From contig CACNYO010000002.1 in the NCBI GenBank assembly GCA_902624765.1, forward strand, positions 10,875 to 74,874: 64,000 bases of DNA. The letters are read 5' to 3'. Below, one piece after another: positions 40,119 to 50,798 of the stretch. This DNA comes from an uncultured SAR86 cluster bacterium. Its GTDB lineage: Bacteria; Pseudomonadota; Gammaproteobacteria; Magnimaribacterales; AG-339-G14. Every line of letters starts with the position of its first letter. Position 1 is the stretch's first letter. The notes under the pieces were generated by a model, which was not told where the DNA came from, ran no database searches, and saw nothing but the letters and a program-made list of their open reading frames with translations. Made by a program: the position numbers and the translations under genes.

Positions 40119-42469
40119 GATTCAAGTTTTCTGGCTATTTCTTCTCTTTCGTATACTTCAATGACATCGCCAACTTTTGCATCAGTATAGTTAGTAATTC
40201 CTATTCCACATTCAGTGCCGCTTTTTACTTCTGAAGCCTCATCTTTAAATCTTCTTAGAGAGTCTAATTTTCCTTCATGAATTACAATATTATCTCTTAG
40301 AACTCTTACGAGTTTATTTGCCATGATGCTTCCATCAGTAACCATTGAACCTGCTATCAGGCCAAATTTGGGCGATTTAAATAATTCTTTTACTTCTGCG
40401 ATACCCAACTGTCTTTCTTTTATTTCTGGCTCTAAAGATCCTTCTATCAAAGCTTTAATTGAATCCAGCAAATCGTATATTATTCCGAAATACTTTATCT
40501 CTATACCTTCGCTTTCTGCCAAGTTGAGTGCAGTGGTATCAGCTCTCACGTTGTAGCCAAAAATGGTTGCCTCCGATGCAATTGCTAAGTTGACATCATT
40601 TTCGGTGATAGAGCCCACTCCATCGAGTACAATCTTTAAATTAACCTCATCTATCTTCATATTGAGAACTGAACCAGATAGAGCTTCCAATGTTCCGTTA
40701 GAGTCTGATTTAAGAATAAAATTTATTGAAGGTTTAGTTCCATCAGCATTTGCAAATATATTTTCAGAATTTAGAGAACCCATTCTAGAAAGTCTTTTTT
40801 CTCTTTCTTTTGTAGCTCTTTCTTCTGATAGATTTTTTGCTGTTTTTTCATCTTTTAATACATAAAACTGATCCCCAGCTGATGGAGGATATTCCAAACC
40901 TGATATAGATACTGGCGAGGAAGGTTGGGCAGTTTTAATTGGTTTATCATTAAAATCTTTTAGAGCCCTAATTTTTCTGGTTTGATCCCCTACAAGAATA
41001 AAGTCACCTGTATTTAGGCTACCTTGTTGAATTAATAATGTAGCAACTGCACCTTCACCTCTTTTTACGCCAGATTCTAAAACTACTCCAGTTGCAGGCC
41101 CTTCAAAAGATGCTTTCAAGTCCATAATTTCTGCTACTAAGAAAATTGTCTCTAATAATTCAGGGACTCCTTCTCCAGATTGAGCTGATACGGGAACCAT
41201 TTGAATATCACCACCCCAATCTTCTGCAACAAGTTCTTCCTTGGCTAAATCCCCTTTTATTTTGTCTACATCAGCCTCTGGTTTATCGATTTTATTTATT
41301 GCAACCACAATTTGCACACCAGCAGCTTTAGCATGATTTATGGCTTCAACTGTTTGAGGTTGAACTCCGTCATCAGCAGCAACCACAAGAACAACAATAT
41401 CTGTAGAATTTGCACCTCTTGCTCTCATTTTTGAGAATGCTGCGTGTCCTGGTGTATCAATAAATGTGAGATTCTTGTCTTCAATTGATACTTGATAAGC
41501 ACCTATGCTTTGAGTGATGCCTCCCTCCTCTTTATCTGCGACGGAGGAATTTCTTATGTAATCAAGAAGTGAAGTTTTTCCATGATCAACATGTCCCAGT
41601 ACAGAGACAATTGCATCTCTTGCAATTTGCTCTCCCTCTTGAGCAAATCCCTCAAGCATTTTTTCCTCAGCTTCATTTTCTTGAATCGGATTGCCTATAT
41701 GACCCAGTTCAGTGGTTATAAGAACTGCGGTTTCTTGATCAAGAGATTGATTCACAGTAGCCATAATTCCGTTATTCATAAGAGCTTTAATGAGGTCAGA
41801 AGACTTTACGGAAAGTCCTTTGGCGAGTTCAGCTACAGAAATAGTTTCAGGGATTGATATTTCTTTCTGAATAAATTCTGCAGGCTTCTCAAATTTTTGG
41901 ACTGATGCAAGTTGAGATTCTAAAAACTTTTCACCTTCTTGTTCTTTTTTATCGAGTTTTGAATCTTTGGCGGGACTTTTGAGATTTTTTCTCTGAGTTT
42001 TAGTTGATTTTTTTGGAGAAGTGCTCCCTTTGCTCTGTTCTGCTTGCTCCTGTTTTGACTTCCTTATTACCTTTGTAGAAGAATCTTTGATTCTTTTTTC
42101 TCTTTCTTCATCTTGAGCCTTCTTATCACTAGACGCCTGGACTCTCCTTTTTTCGGCAGCCTCAAAATCAATTGTTCCAGATAGATCTCCTGATGAACTT
42201 TTTTCCTTAGCAGCTTGATTCTCGGACTTAAATCTAGTTATTGAAATTTGTCCTTCATCTTTCTTAGTCTCGGTCTTTGTTTTCTTAGCAATAGAAATAG
42301 TTTTCTTGGAACCTTTCTTAGTGCTCTTTATGTGTTCAAGAATTTTTTTTCTATCTTCTGTAGAAATATTGTCGTTGGCAGATGATTGAGATAGACCTGC
42401 TTGATTTATTGCTTCTAACAATGAATCTACTTCGTATCCTATGACTTTTGCTAAATCACTTACATCCAT
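40115..42469 (-). CDS. infB: Translation initiation factor IF-2
   Basis: GHVDHGKTSLLD, GGITQ, DTPGH, NKID, SLRRFKD. Confidence 0.99.
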   Translation of the reverse strand: MDVSDLAKVIGYEVDSLLEAINQAGLSQSSANDNISTEDRKKILEHIKSTKKGSKKTISIAKKTKTETKKDEGQISITRFKSENQAAKEKSSSGDLSGTIDFEAAEKRRVQASSDKKAQDEEREKRIKDSSTKVIRKSKQEQAEQSKGSTSPKKSTKTQRKNLKSPAKDSKLDKKEQEGEKFLESQLASVQKFEKPAEFIQKEISIPETISVAELAKGLSVKSSDLIKALMNNGIMATVNQSLDQETAVLITTELGHIGNPIQENEAEEKMLEGFAQEGEQIARDAIVSVLGHVDHGKTSLLDYIRNSSVADKEEGGITQSIGAYQVSIEDKNLTFIDTPGHAAFSKMRARGANSTDIVVLVVAADDGVQPQTVEAINHAKAAGVQIVVAINKIDKPEADVDKIKGDLAKEELVAEDWGGDIQMVPVSAQSGEGVPELLETIFLVAEIMDLKASFEGPATGVVLESGVKRGEGAVATLLIQQGSLNTGDFILVGDQTRKIRALKDFNDKPIKTAQPSSPVSISGLEYPPSAGDQFYVLKDEKTAKNLSEERATKEREKRLSRMGSLNSENIFANADGTKPSINFILKSDSNGTLEALSGSVLNMKIDEVNLKIVLDGVGSITENDVNLAIASEATIFGYNVRADTTALNLAESEGIEIKYFGIIYDLLDSIKALIEGSLEPEIKERQLGIAEVKELFKSPKFGLIAGSMVTDGSIMANKLVRVLRDNIVIHEGKLDSLRRFKDEASEVKSGTECGIGITNYTDAKVGDVIEVYEREEIARKLES

Positions 42470-42474
42470 ATTTT

Positions 42475-43932
42475 TTATTCCTCAAACCAATCAGATCTTG
42501 CATCCATAATAATTTTTGCAGCTAATTCTTCATCTATTTTGGTCATTTCTACTAATTCATCAACAGATAGATCAGCTAACTCATCTTTGCTAGATAAATT
42601 ATCTGAAAGAACTTTTGCAATTTCTTCGTTGACATCCTCTAATGAATTAAAGTCAAATGCTTCTTCCATATCTGAAAGAGCAATTTCAATCAGTGCATCA
42701 GAAGCTCTTTCAATTAACATTTCGGCAATTTCTTCTGTAATCTCCTCTATTTCGCAAAGCTTAGATATTTCAGCTTCTGCAATAGAGTTCACTGATTCAA
42801 AACCATTAGAAATTAGAATTTCTGAAGTAGAAGTATCAATATCTAAGTATTTTTCAAGAGTATTTGAAGCTTGATCAGACCCAGAAGATTCTTTATCTTC
42901 ATTTTCTCCTCGAATCTGAATGTCCCATCCAATAAGTTCTGAGGATAATCTAATATTTTGACCATTTCTTCCTATTGCTTGAGCCAAGCTTTCATCTTTG
43001 ACCTGCACTTCCATTTTATCTGCATCTTCGTCTAAAACTATTGAAGTAACTTCAGCTGGTGACAAAGTGTTTATAAGTAATTTTGCCGGATCATCCTCCC
43101 AGACAATAATATCAATTCTCTCATTACCTAATTCGTTTGAAACTGCTTGAACTCTCGCTCCTCTCATTCCCACACATGCTCCAACAGGATCAATTCTTGT
43201 GTCGTTTGTTTTAACTGCAATCTTAGACCTTCCCCCAGGTTCTCTGGCCACAGCTCTTATCTGAACTACTTCTTCAGCTATCTCAGGAACCTCAAGCTTA
43301 AATAATTCAACTAGCATCTCTTTTGACCCTCGAGATAAAGTTAATTGTGATCCTCTATTTTCACGAACAGTTTCTTCAAGAATAGCCCTGACCCTATCTC
43401 CGATGCGATATATCTCTCCTTGAATTAAATCTGATCTAGGAAGAATTGCATCAGCTCCTTCTCCAAGATCAACTATTATTGTTTCTCTAGTAACTTTCTT
43501 TACAGTCCCAGTAACAAGTTGACCTAAGTAAGATCTGAATTTTTTAATTATCTCAAGCCTTTCTGCATCCCTTACTTTTTGAACAATTACTTGTTTTGCT
43601 ATTTGAGCAGCAATTCTTCCAAACTCAACATTTTCAATCTTTTCTTTGACTAAATCGCCAATAGAAAGGTTTTTTTCCTCTGCATCATCACTATCTATAA
43701 GAATATGCATTTCAGGAGTTTCATAGTCATCAACTTCGACTACCTCCCAACATCTGAAAGTTTCATAATCTCCTGTCTGGTGATCTATATCCACTCGAAT
43801 ATCTACCTCATCAGAATATTTTTTCTTAGCAGCACTAGCTAAAGCAAATTCAATTGCTTCAAAAATAGTATCTTTTGGTAATGCTTTCTCGTTAGAGACC
43901 GATTCCGCAACCATTAATATTTCATTATTCAT
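42475..43932 (-). CDS. nusA: Transcription factor NusA
   Basis: MNNEILMVAE start (ATG 43932), FGRIAAQ, DPVGACVG, AIGRNGQN. Confidence 0.98.
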   Translation of the reverse strand: MNNEILMVAESVSNEKALPKDTIFEAIEFALASAAKKKYSDEVDIRVDIDHQTGDYETFRCWEVVEVDDYETPEMHILIDSDDAEEKNLSIGDLVKEKIENVEFGRIAAQIAKQVIVQKVRDAERLEIIKKFRSYLGQLVTGTVKKVTRETIIVDLGEGADAILPRSDLIQGEIYRIGDRVRAILEETVRENRGSQLTLSRGSKEMLVELFKLEVPEIAEEVVQIRAVAREPGGRSKIAVKTNDTRIDPVGACVGMRGARVQAVSNELGNERIDIIVWEDDPAKLLINTLSPAEVTSIVLDEDADKMEVQVKDESLAQAIGRNGQNIRLSSELIGWDIQIRGENEDKESSGSDQASNTLEKYLDIDTSTSEILISNGFESVNSIAEAEISKLCEIEEITEEIAEMLIERASDALIEIALSDMEEAFDFNSLEDVNEEIAKVLSDNLSSKDELADLSVDELVEMTKIDEELAAKIIMDARSDWFEE

Positions 43933-44395
43933 TTGATACCTCGAAAATTGGTTCAAGTCTTGCGACTATAACTTTGTCAAAATTAATAAAGAATTCGTTT
44001 TCATCTTTCAAAAAAATACCTTCCTCATTAGCATTAAGTAGTAAAGCAGTTTTGGTTACTTTTTTATTTCCGTCATAAAATTTGACTTTAATCTCATGCC
44101 CAATAAATTCATGAAATTGCTCTAATTTAAAGAATTTCCTATCCAGCCCTGGTGAAGATACTTCTAAAGTATAATCAAATGATACAAGCTCTATGTTGGT
44201 GAGTAATTCATTCACTTGATTGCTAACTTTTTGGCAATCATCTATATCAACGCCGTTTTTTTTGTCTATAAAAATCCTTATTAATTTTGATCTTGAATTC
44301 CCTGATAATTCAATCCCCCACAGAGAAAGACCAAAAGATTCAATATCTTTTGTAATGTTTGTTTCTAACTTTTCTATCGTACTTGTCATAACCAC
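43925..44395 (-). CDS. rimP: Ribosome maturation factor RimP
   Basis: IRIFID, DDCQKVS, YTLEVSSPGLDR. Confidence 0.96.
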   Translation of the reverse strand: MVMTSTIEKLETNITKDIESFGLSLWGIELSGNSRSKLIRIFIDKKNGVDIDDCQKVSNQVNELLTNIELVSFDYTLEVSSPGLDRKFFKLEQFHEFIGHEIKVKFYDGNKKVTKTALLLNANEEGIFLKDENEFFINFDKVIVARLEPIFEVSNE

Positions 44396-44400
44396 ATATA

Positions 44401-44421
44401 AAAGAAGCCCATAAAGGGCCC
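44401..44421 (-). terminator. Small hairpin with U-rich tail between tRNA-fMet and rimP (terminator or rimP leader)
   Basis: Minus strand GGGCCC-TTTAT-GGGCTT-CTTTT. Confidence 0.45.
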
Positions 44422-44427
44422 AAAAAA

Positions 44428-44504
<77 letters not shown>

Positions 44505-44522
44505 ATATTCTTAAACTGCGCG

Positions 44523-44551
44523 AGTATAGGTTTTTAAAGCTTGTTTTTCAA
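44523..44551 (-). promoter_or_regulatory. Stringent-type promoter for tRNA-fMet-rimP-nusA-infB
   Basis: TTGAAA, 17 bp, TATACT, followed by GC-rich discriminator CGCGCAG. Confidence 0.7.
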
Positions 44552-44557
44552 GTAAAT

Positions 44558-44644
44558 TGGTGCCGAAGAGAGGATTCGAACCTCCACGGACGGTTGTCCA
44601 CTACCCCCTCAAGATAGCGTGTCTACCAGTTCCACCACTTCGGC
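44558..44644 (-). tRNA. tRNA-Leu(GAG)
   Basis: GCCGAAG...CTTCGGC-A-CCA; CTATC-TT-GAG-GG-GGTAG; long variable arm; follows secG. Confidence 0.96.
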
Positions 44645-44646
44645 CC

Positions 44647-44961
44647 TCATTCTGGTAATTCTTGAATAATTTCTTCTTCAATCTGCTCAATATTATTTTG
44701 ATCAATGAGAAAATCAAATTCATTATTTATTTCATTTTTTTGAACAATTGATATAGAAATAGTTACAACAAAAAATATCGCTACTAAAACCCAAGTAACT
44801 TTTGTCAATAAATTGGTTGAATCAATTGGGCCAAGCATTGGATTTGAAGAACCAGAACCAAATGCAGAACCAATATCGGCTCCTTTACCATGTTGCAATA
44901 AAATTATTCCAACCAACAGTATGGCTGAAATCACCTGGAATATAATCAAAAAAAGAATCAT
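44647..44961 (-). CDS. secG: Preprotein translocase subunit SecG
   Basis: ILLQHGKGADIGSAFGSG, two TMs. Confidence 0.96.
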   Translation of the reverse strand: MILFLIIFQVISAILLVGIILLQHGKGADIGSAFGSGSSNPMLGPIDSTNLLTKVTWVLVAIFFVVTISISIVQKNEINNEFDFLIDQNNIEQIEEEIIQELPE

Positions 44962-45689
44962 TACTCTAAACTCAGCGCGATATTAGCAAATTCTTTAGGG
45001 TCAAGAGAAGCATTTCCTACTAAAAATCCATCGATTCCATCTATTTTGGCAAGATTCTTAGCGCTATCTGAAGTAACACTGCCCCCATAAATCAATGTCA
45101 AATCTATTCCTAAATTGTCTCTAACTAAATCTTTTATAAGAAGAGAAACCTCTTCCAAATGCTCGTTTTGGACAGCTATTCCAGAACCAATAGCGTAAAT
45201 GGGTTCGTAGGCTATCAGAACACTTTTTGATAAGTTTTTAAGAGGAAATAAATTTTCAGTTAATTGATGTTTTATTTTTTTTTCTGTTCTACCCTTGGAG
45301 TATTCCTCCTGATTTTCACCTATGCACAAAATAGGTATAAGCTCACACTCTATAGCTGTTTGGACTTTATTCAGGATAGTTTCATCGTCTTCGCCTTGAA
45401 GCCTACACTCCGAATGACCAACTATCGAGTAAGAAGCTCCAATGTTTTTCAGCATTTTTCCTGATATTTGACCAGTGAATGCACCCTTAGTTTCAGACGA
45501 TAAATTTTGAGCGCCGATTAAAATTTTTTCGTGAGTTTTCGATGAAATTTCATAAAAATCTTCTATTTCTAGGTAATTAGGGCAAATTACTACCTTAATT
45601 TCTTTTGGGATATTATTTAGATCAAAATCTTTCAGCCATGCATCTGAATTAATAAAATTCATTTTCCAATTTGCAATCAAATGCTTCAT
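44961..45689 (-). CDS. tpiA: Triosephosphate isomerase
   Basis: NWKMN, GAFTG, GHSE, AYEP, YGGSV. Confidence 0.96.
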   Translation of the reverse strand: MKHLIANWKMNFINSDAWLKDFDLNNIPKEIKVVICPNYLEIEDFYEISSKTHEKILIGAQNLSSETKGAFTGQISGKMLKNIGASYSIVGHSECRLQGEDDETILNKVQTAIECELIPILCIGENQEEYSKGRTEKKIKHQLTENLFPLKNLSKSVLIAYEPIYAIGSGIAVQNEHLEEVSLLIKDLVRDNLGIDLTLIYGGSVTSDSAKNLAKIDGIDGFLVGNASLDPKEFANIALSLE

Positions 45690-47035
45690 GAAATTGATTC
45701 TACAAGTTCAGTTAATAAAACTGATTGCTCTGAAGTTGCTTCTTGAGAATTACTTTCAACCATTATTCTAATCTTGTGCTCTGTACCAGACTTTCTTATA
45801 AGTACTCTGCCATCAAAAGTTTCTAATAACCCTTCTGATTTTTTTTGAGCTTTCTGTAATTTTTTATTTTTTAAAACTTTATTTCCATCCTTAACTTTTA
45901 CATTGGTAAGAATTTGAGGATATTTTTTAAACTCTGAAAGTAATTCGGGTATTGTTTTATTTAAAACCACGATAGATTGTAGAAACTGAATTGCAGCGAT
46001 TATTCCATCTCCAGTATTTGATTTATCTAGGCAAAGAATATGTCCAGATTGCTCTCCTCCAAGAGTCCAATTAAGTTCGTTTAATTTTTGTAAAACATAC
46101 TTATCCCCAACATCCGACCTAACCAACTCAATTCCTTCATCGTTAAAAGCTTTTTCTAACCCTTTGTTTGTCATAAGAGTACCAACTACTCCTTTAACGC
46201 CAAGATGTATTTTTGACTCAAATTTATTTTTTGCGATGACATATAAAATATCGTCTCCATCTAATTCTCGACCGTTTGAATCGACAATAATTAATCTATC
46301 TCCATCGCCATCAAGGGCAATGCCAAAATCTGCATTTTTGCTCAAAACTTCATCTTTTAAGTAATCTATGTTTGTGCTTCCGCAATCTTTATTAATATTT
46401 AAACCATCCGGACTATCAGCAATCGAATAAACTTCGGCTCCTAGCTCTTTAAAAACTTTGGGAGCAACTTCATAGGCGGCGCCATTAGCAGAGTCAATAA
46501 CAAGAGTTAAACCTGAAAATGAAATATCTTCACTTAAAGTATTCTTGCAAAATTCAATGTATCTACCTTTTGCATCACTAATCCTAGCTGCCTTACCAAG
46601 ATTTTCAGGATGCACGAATTCATAAGCCTCTTCAGCAAATTTTTCTATTTCTTTTTCATTCTCAATAGATAACTTTTCTCCATTTTCATCAAAAAATTTA
46701 ATGCCGTTATCTTCAAATGAATTATGTGAGGCACTTATCACCACACCGGCATGTCCTTTGAAAGTAGATACCAGATATGAAATTGCAGGTGTTGGCATAG
46801 GACCTACTAATCGCACATTTACTCCAGATGAAATAATTCCAGCTTGAAGAGCAGACTCCAACATATATCCGGAAATTCTGGTGTCTTTTCCGATTACTAA
46901 AGTGTTGATTCCTCTTTTTTTGAAATGTCTCCCTGCTGCATGTCCAAGTTTTAGGACTGACTCTGGATTAACTTCATTATCAATAGATCCTCTTACGCCG
47001 TCGGTACCAAAAAATATTAGTTTTCTATCTCTCAT
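45686..47035 (-). CDS. glmM: Phosphoglucosamine mutase
   Basis: FGTDGVRG, ISASHN, DGDGDR, GGEQSGH, RKSGTE. Confidence 0.97.
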   Translation of the reverse strand: MRDRKLIFFGTDGVRGSIDNEVNPESVLKLGHAAGRHFKKRGINTLVIGKDTRISGYMLESALQAGIISSGVNVRLVGPMPTPAISYLVSTFKGHAGVVISASHNSFEDNGIKFFDENGEKLSIENEKEIEKFAEEAYEFVHPENLGKAARISDAKGRYIEFCKNTLSEDISFSGLTLVIDSANGAAYEVAPKVFKELGAEVYSIADSPDGLNINKDCGSTNIDYLKDEVLSKNADFGIALDGDGDRLIIVDSNGRELDGDDILYVIAKNKFESKIHLGVKGVVGTLMTNKGLEKAFNDEGIELVRSDVGDKYVLQKLNELNWTLGGEQSGHILCLDKSNTGDGIIAAIQFLQSIVVLNKTIPELLSEFKKYPQILTNVKVKDGNKVLKNKKLQKAQKKSEGLLETFDGRVLIRKSGTEHKIRIMVESNSQEATSEQSVLLTELVESIS

Positions 47036-47837
47036 AAATACCTAATTTTTCTAATTCCTCTCGAAGTTGTTTAACTTCGTGACTTCTTATTATATTGCTC
47101 CCGCCAAGAGCACAAATTATACCACTCAGTAAGCTAGCTGATAGTTTAGTTTTTGAGGTATCTTTAAAGAAATCTGCAAAAGATTTCTTTCTTGAAGTGC
47201 CAGTAAGTATTTTCCTGTTTTCTTTTTTAAAAAAACTTATATTAGACATCAGCAATATATTTTCGAAAGGTGTTTTCCCATAACCAAACCCAGGATCAAA
47301 AAAACATTGTTTTATATTTAAGCCTTTCGAAAGATATGATTTTTCTTTAGCTTGAAAAAAATTATCCACATCCAAAAGAATATTGGATAATTTTTTTGTT
47401 TTATTTCCATGATGAGTTGTGCATATTAAAAGTTTTTTTTCTTTGGCTAACTTTAACTTCTTTTGAGATATATTCTTTGATACATCGTTTATAAATTTCA
47501 TTCCAAATTTAGAAGCTTCGTTGAGCACTTTATAATCTCTTGAATCAACAGAAATCATAATATCTTCTTCCTTAATCTGTTCTAGTATCGGGATCAATCT
47601 ATCTATTTGGACTTGTGAGGGAATTTTAGTGAACCCTGGCCTTGTAGACTCAGCTCCAAAATCTAGAATATCGGCGCCTTCATTTATAAGTTTTTCAACT
47701 TTTCTAAGAGCTTTTGATAAATCTATTTTATTACTAGAAAATAGATTACCACCGTCTGAAAATGAATCAGTAGTAAGATTTATTACCCCCATTAATCTAG
47801 GAGACTCTTTTATGAGGCTCCCAGATACAGAAGGCAT
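47025..47837 (-). CDS. folP: Dihydropteroate synthase
   Basis: MGVINLTTDSFSDGG, GAESTRPG, DPGFGYGK, SRK. Confidence 0.95.
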   Translation of the reverse strand: MPSVSGSLIKESPRLMGVINLTTDSFSDGGNLFSSNKIDLSKALRKVEKLINEGADILDFGAESTRPGFTKIPSQVQIDRLIPILEQIKEEDIMISVDSRDYKVLNEASKFGMKFINDVSKNISQKKLKLAKEKKLLICTTHHGNKTKKLSNILLDVDNFFQAKEKSYLSKGLNIKQCFFDPGFGYGKTPFENILLMSNISFFKKENRKILTGTSRKKSFADFFKDTSKTKLSASLLSGIICALGGSNIIRSHEVKQLREELEKLGIYER

Positions 47838-47838
47838 A

Positions 47839-49743
47839 TTAAGTTTGATTTGCGGGTTCTTCTATAGAGGAGCTTTTTTTACCTGTATTCTTTGGAGCAG
47901 AATCATCATCTGACTCTCTTCTTGGTTTGGCCCCTGCCATAATGTCATCAATTTGTGCTGTATCAAGAGTTTCCAGCTCGACCAAGGACTCAGACATTAA
48001 ATGAAGTTTATCAATATTATCCTTAAGAATTTTGGTTGCTCTTTTGTAACAATCATCGATAATTTTCTTGATTTCTTTGTCAATCTTCTCTGCAGTTTGA
48101 TCAGAAATTCCCTTAGATTGCGAACTAGCCGATCTTCCTAGGAAGGGCTCGTCAGATTCTTCGTCGTATTTCATTGGTCCAATTGCAGTTGATAAACCCC
48201 ATTTAGTGACCATGTTTCTTGCTAAATCTGTAGCTCTTTCAATGTCATTAGAAGCACCAGTGGTAATGCCTTTATCACCATAAATTAATTCTTCTGCTAT
48301 CCTGCCACCGAATAAACCACAAATTCTGTCGAGAATTTCTTGTTTGCTGTTACTGTATTTGTCTTCTTCAGGGAGAAAGACGGTCACTCCTAAAGCTCTT
48401 CCACGAGGAATTATGGATACTTTGTAAACTGGGTCATGTTCTTCAAGCAATCTTCCAACAATTGCATGGCCGGATTCATGGTAAGCCGTTTTAATTTTAT
48501 CAGCTTCATTCATAACCATAGACTTTCTTTCTGCACCCATCATGACTTTGTCTTTAGCCAATTCAAGCTCTTCCATAGTGACTTTCTTTTTTCCTGCTCG
48601 AGCAGAAAACAAAGCAGCTTCGTTAATCAAGTTAGCTAAATCAGCACCTGAAAATCCTGGGGTACCTCTTGCTATAAAGGATACTTCAACATCTTTATCT
48701 ACTGGCACTTTTCGAATATGCACTTTAAGTATTTGCTCTCTGCCTTTGATATCTGGCAAAGGAACGACAACCTGTCTATCAAATCTACCGGGCCTTAAAA
48801 GAGCTGGATCTAGAACATCAGGTCTATTTGTTGCTGCAATTATGATAATTCCTTCATTAGCTTCAAAACCATCCATCTCTACAAGTAGTTGGTTTAGTGT
48901 TTGTTCTCTTTCATCATGTCCTCCTCCGAGACCCGCACCACGATGTCTTCCAACAGCGTCGATCTCATCTATAAAAACAATACATGGTGACTGTCTTTTA
49001 GCTTGCTCAAACATGTCTCTCACTCTTGAAGCACCAACTCCAACAAACATTTCGACAAAATCAGACCCTGATATTGAGAAAAAAGGAACTTTTGCTTCAC
49101 CTGCTATAGCACGAGCTAATAAAGTTTTACCTGTTCCAGGAGATCCAACCATTAAAATTCCTCGAGGAATCTTTCCTCCTAATTTTTGAAATTTTGATGG
49201 ATCTCTTAAGAAATCGACTAGTTCCTGTACTTCCTCTTTTGCTTCTTCAACCCCGGCTACATCTGCAAATGTAGTTTTAACTTTACCGCCTTCAAGGAGT
49301 TTAGCTTTACTTCGACCAAAGCTCATAGGGCCTCCTCTACCGCCCATTCCGCCTTGCATCTGCCTCATAAAAAACATGAAAATTGCAATAATTATTAGAA
49401 TTGGAAAACTTGCAACCAACAATTGAGTCCAAATGCTTTCCTGTTGTGGCTCTTCACCTAATACTTGAACTCTATGTTCGAAAAGATCATCCATCAATTG
49501 ATTGTCTTGCACATAGACCGGACGTGTTGTTTTAAATTGAGAGCCATCTTGAAGCGTACCTTCAAGTGTATATCCATCACCTTTGAACTCTACGGATGAA
49601 ACTTGATCTGAATTTACAAGAGATACAAACTCAGAATAGTTCATCGAAGATGAAGTTGCTGGACCCGAAAGACTTTGAATAACAAAAAAGGTAGTACCAG
49701 CAATTGCCAACCAAAGGAAAATATTTCTTAGAAAATCTGACAT
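47839..49743 (-). CDS. ftsH: ATP-dependent zinc metalloprotease FtsH
   Basis: Two TMs, [29 protein letters not shown]. Confidence 0.99.
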   Translation of the reverse strand: MSDFLRNIFLWLAIAGTTFFVIQSLSGPATSSSMNYSEFVSLVNSDQVSSVEFKGDGYTLEGTLQDGSQFKTTRPVYVQDNQLMDDLFEHRVQVLGEEPQQESIWTQLLVASFPILIIIAIFMFFMRQMQGGMGGRGGPMSFGRSKAKLLEGGKVKTTFADVAGVEEAKEEVQELVDFLRDPSKFQKLGGKIPRGILMVGSPGTGKTLLARAIAGEAKVPFFSISGSDFVEMFVGVGASRVRDMFEQAKRQSPCIVFIDEIDAVGRHRGAGLGGGHDEREQTLNQLLVEMDGFEANEGIIIIAATNRPDVLDPALLRPGRFDRQVVVPLPDIKGREQILKVHIRKVPVDKDVEVSFIARGTPGFSGADLANLINEAALFSARAGKKKVTMEELELAKDKVMMGAERKSMVMNEADKIKTAYHESGHAIVGRLLEEHDPVYKVSIIPRGRALGVTVFLPEEDKYSNSKQEILDRICGLFGGRIAEELIYGDKGITTGASNDIERATDLARNMVTKWGLSTAIGPMKYDEESDEPFLGRSASSQSKGISDQTAEKIDKEIKKIIDDCYKRATKILKDNIDKLHLMSESLVELETLDTAQIDDIMAGAKPRRESDDDSAPKNTGKKSSSIEEPANQT

Positions 49744-49746
49744 AAC

Positions 49747-50319
49747 TTATTTCAATTTATTTTGTGCAATAACATAAATTTCTTTAGATGTTTTTCTTGA
49801 TGCATCTGGCTTATAAAAAGTTACGTTACTGAAGTGGTTTAATAATGATTTTTTTAGATCATTTTTTGAATTATCAAAACATTTTGCTATTAGAGAACCT
49901 CCTTTCATTAAAGAGGAGTTACAGAAATCAACGACATTATTTAATAGTTCAAGCATGTTTTCTTTATCTGTAATAGTTATACCACTTATATTGGGCGCAA
50001 TATCAGAAATTACAACATTAAAATCAAGATTAATAAATTTCTTTATATCTTTATCCCTAAAATCAAATTCTATAAATTCAACCCCATTTATGGGTTTCAT
50101 TGGAATGATATCTAAAGCAAATACTGTTCCTGAATTGCCTACTAATTCTTTTGCTACTTGACTCCAACCGCCTGGAGAACTGCCTAAGTCCATCACAGAG
50201 CAACCTTTTTTGAGAAGATTGAATTTGTTATTTATTTGATGAAGCTTAAAGGCTGCTCTCGATCTATACCCCCTAGACTTAGCAAGCTTATTAAAGTGCT
50301 CGCCTCCTGAATATGACAT
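49747..50319 (-). CDS. rlmE: 23S rRNA Um2552 methyltransferase
   Basis: YRSRAAFKL, DLGSSPGGWSQ, SDIAPN, KPDASR. Confidence 0.97.
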   Translation of the reverse strand: MSYSGGEHFNKLAKSRGYRSRAAFKLHQINNKFNLLKKGCSVMDLGSSPGGWSQVAKELVGNSGTVFALDIIPMKPINGVEFIEFDFRDKDIKKFINLDFNVVISDIAPNISGITITDKENMLELLNNVVDFCNSSLMKGGSLIAKCFDNSKNDLKKSLLNHFSNVTFYKPDASRKTSKEIYVIAQNKLK

Positions 50320-50796
50320 TTAAATGTGAGAAACCTCTAGGATCTCATACTCTTTGATGCCGGAGGGACTTTCGAATTTTGTAGCTTCTCCTTCTTCTTT
50401 GCCGATGAGAGATCTTGCCAAAGGGGAAGAATAAGATATTTTTCCATTTTTCACGTTTGCTTCATCCTCGCCTACAATTTGATAACTGATTTTTTCATCG
50501 TTTTGCATATCCAGAAGTGAAACCGTAGATCCAAAAATAACCCTTCCTGTGCATTCAATTTTTTTGATATCTATAATTTGAGATGCACTCAATTTTCCTT
50601 CAATTTCTCTTATCCTCGCTTCGGTAAGACCTTGCTGTTCTTTGGCAGCATGATATTCGGCATTTTCTTTGAGATCGCCAAATTCTCTTGCTTCGGCAAT
50701 TTTTTTGGTAATGTTTGGTCTAACATCTGTAATAAGATACTGTAATTCCGTTCGAAGGCTTTCTTCCCCCTCGACTGTCATTGGCTCTCTGTTCAA
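50320..50796 (-). CDS. greA: Transcription elongation factor GreA
   Basis: [33 protein letters not shown]. Confidence 0.98.
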   Translation of the reverse strand: MNREPMTVEGEESLRTELQYLITDVRPNITKKIAEAREFGDLKENAEYHAAKEQQGLTEARIREIEGKLSASQIIDIKKIECTGRVIFGSTVSLLDMQNDEKISYQIVGEDEANVKNGKISYSSPLARSLIGKEEGEATKFESPSGIKEYEILEVSHI

Positions 50797-50798
50797 TT

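Noticed and set aside
44961-45689. TpiA motif deviations (HSECR, LVGNASL)
   Set aside because: The catalytic Lys, His and Glu are intact; this is consistent with ordinary divergence.
48542-49189. 215-aa ORF antisense to ftsH, and similar shadow ORFs opposite ftsZ, murA, mreB, moeB, infB, nusA, carB and pepA
   Set aside because: These are codon-register mirror frames of conserved genes, with no motifs or independent start signals.
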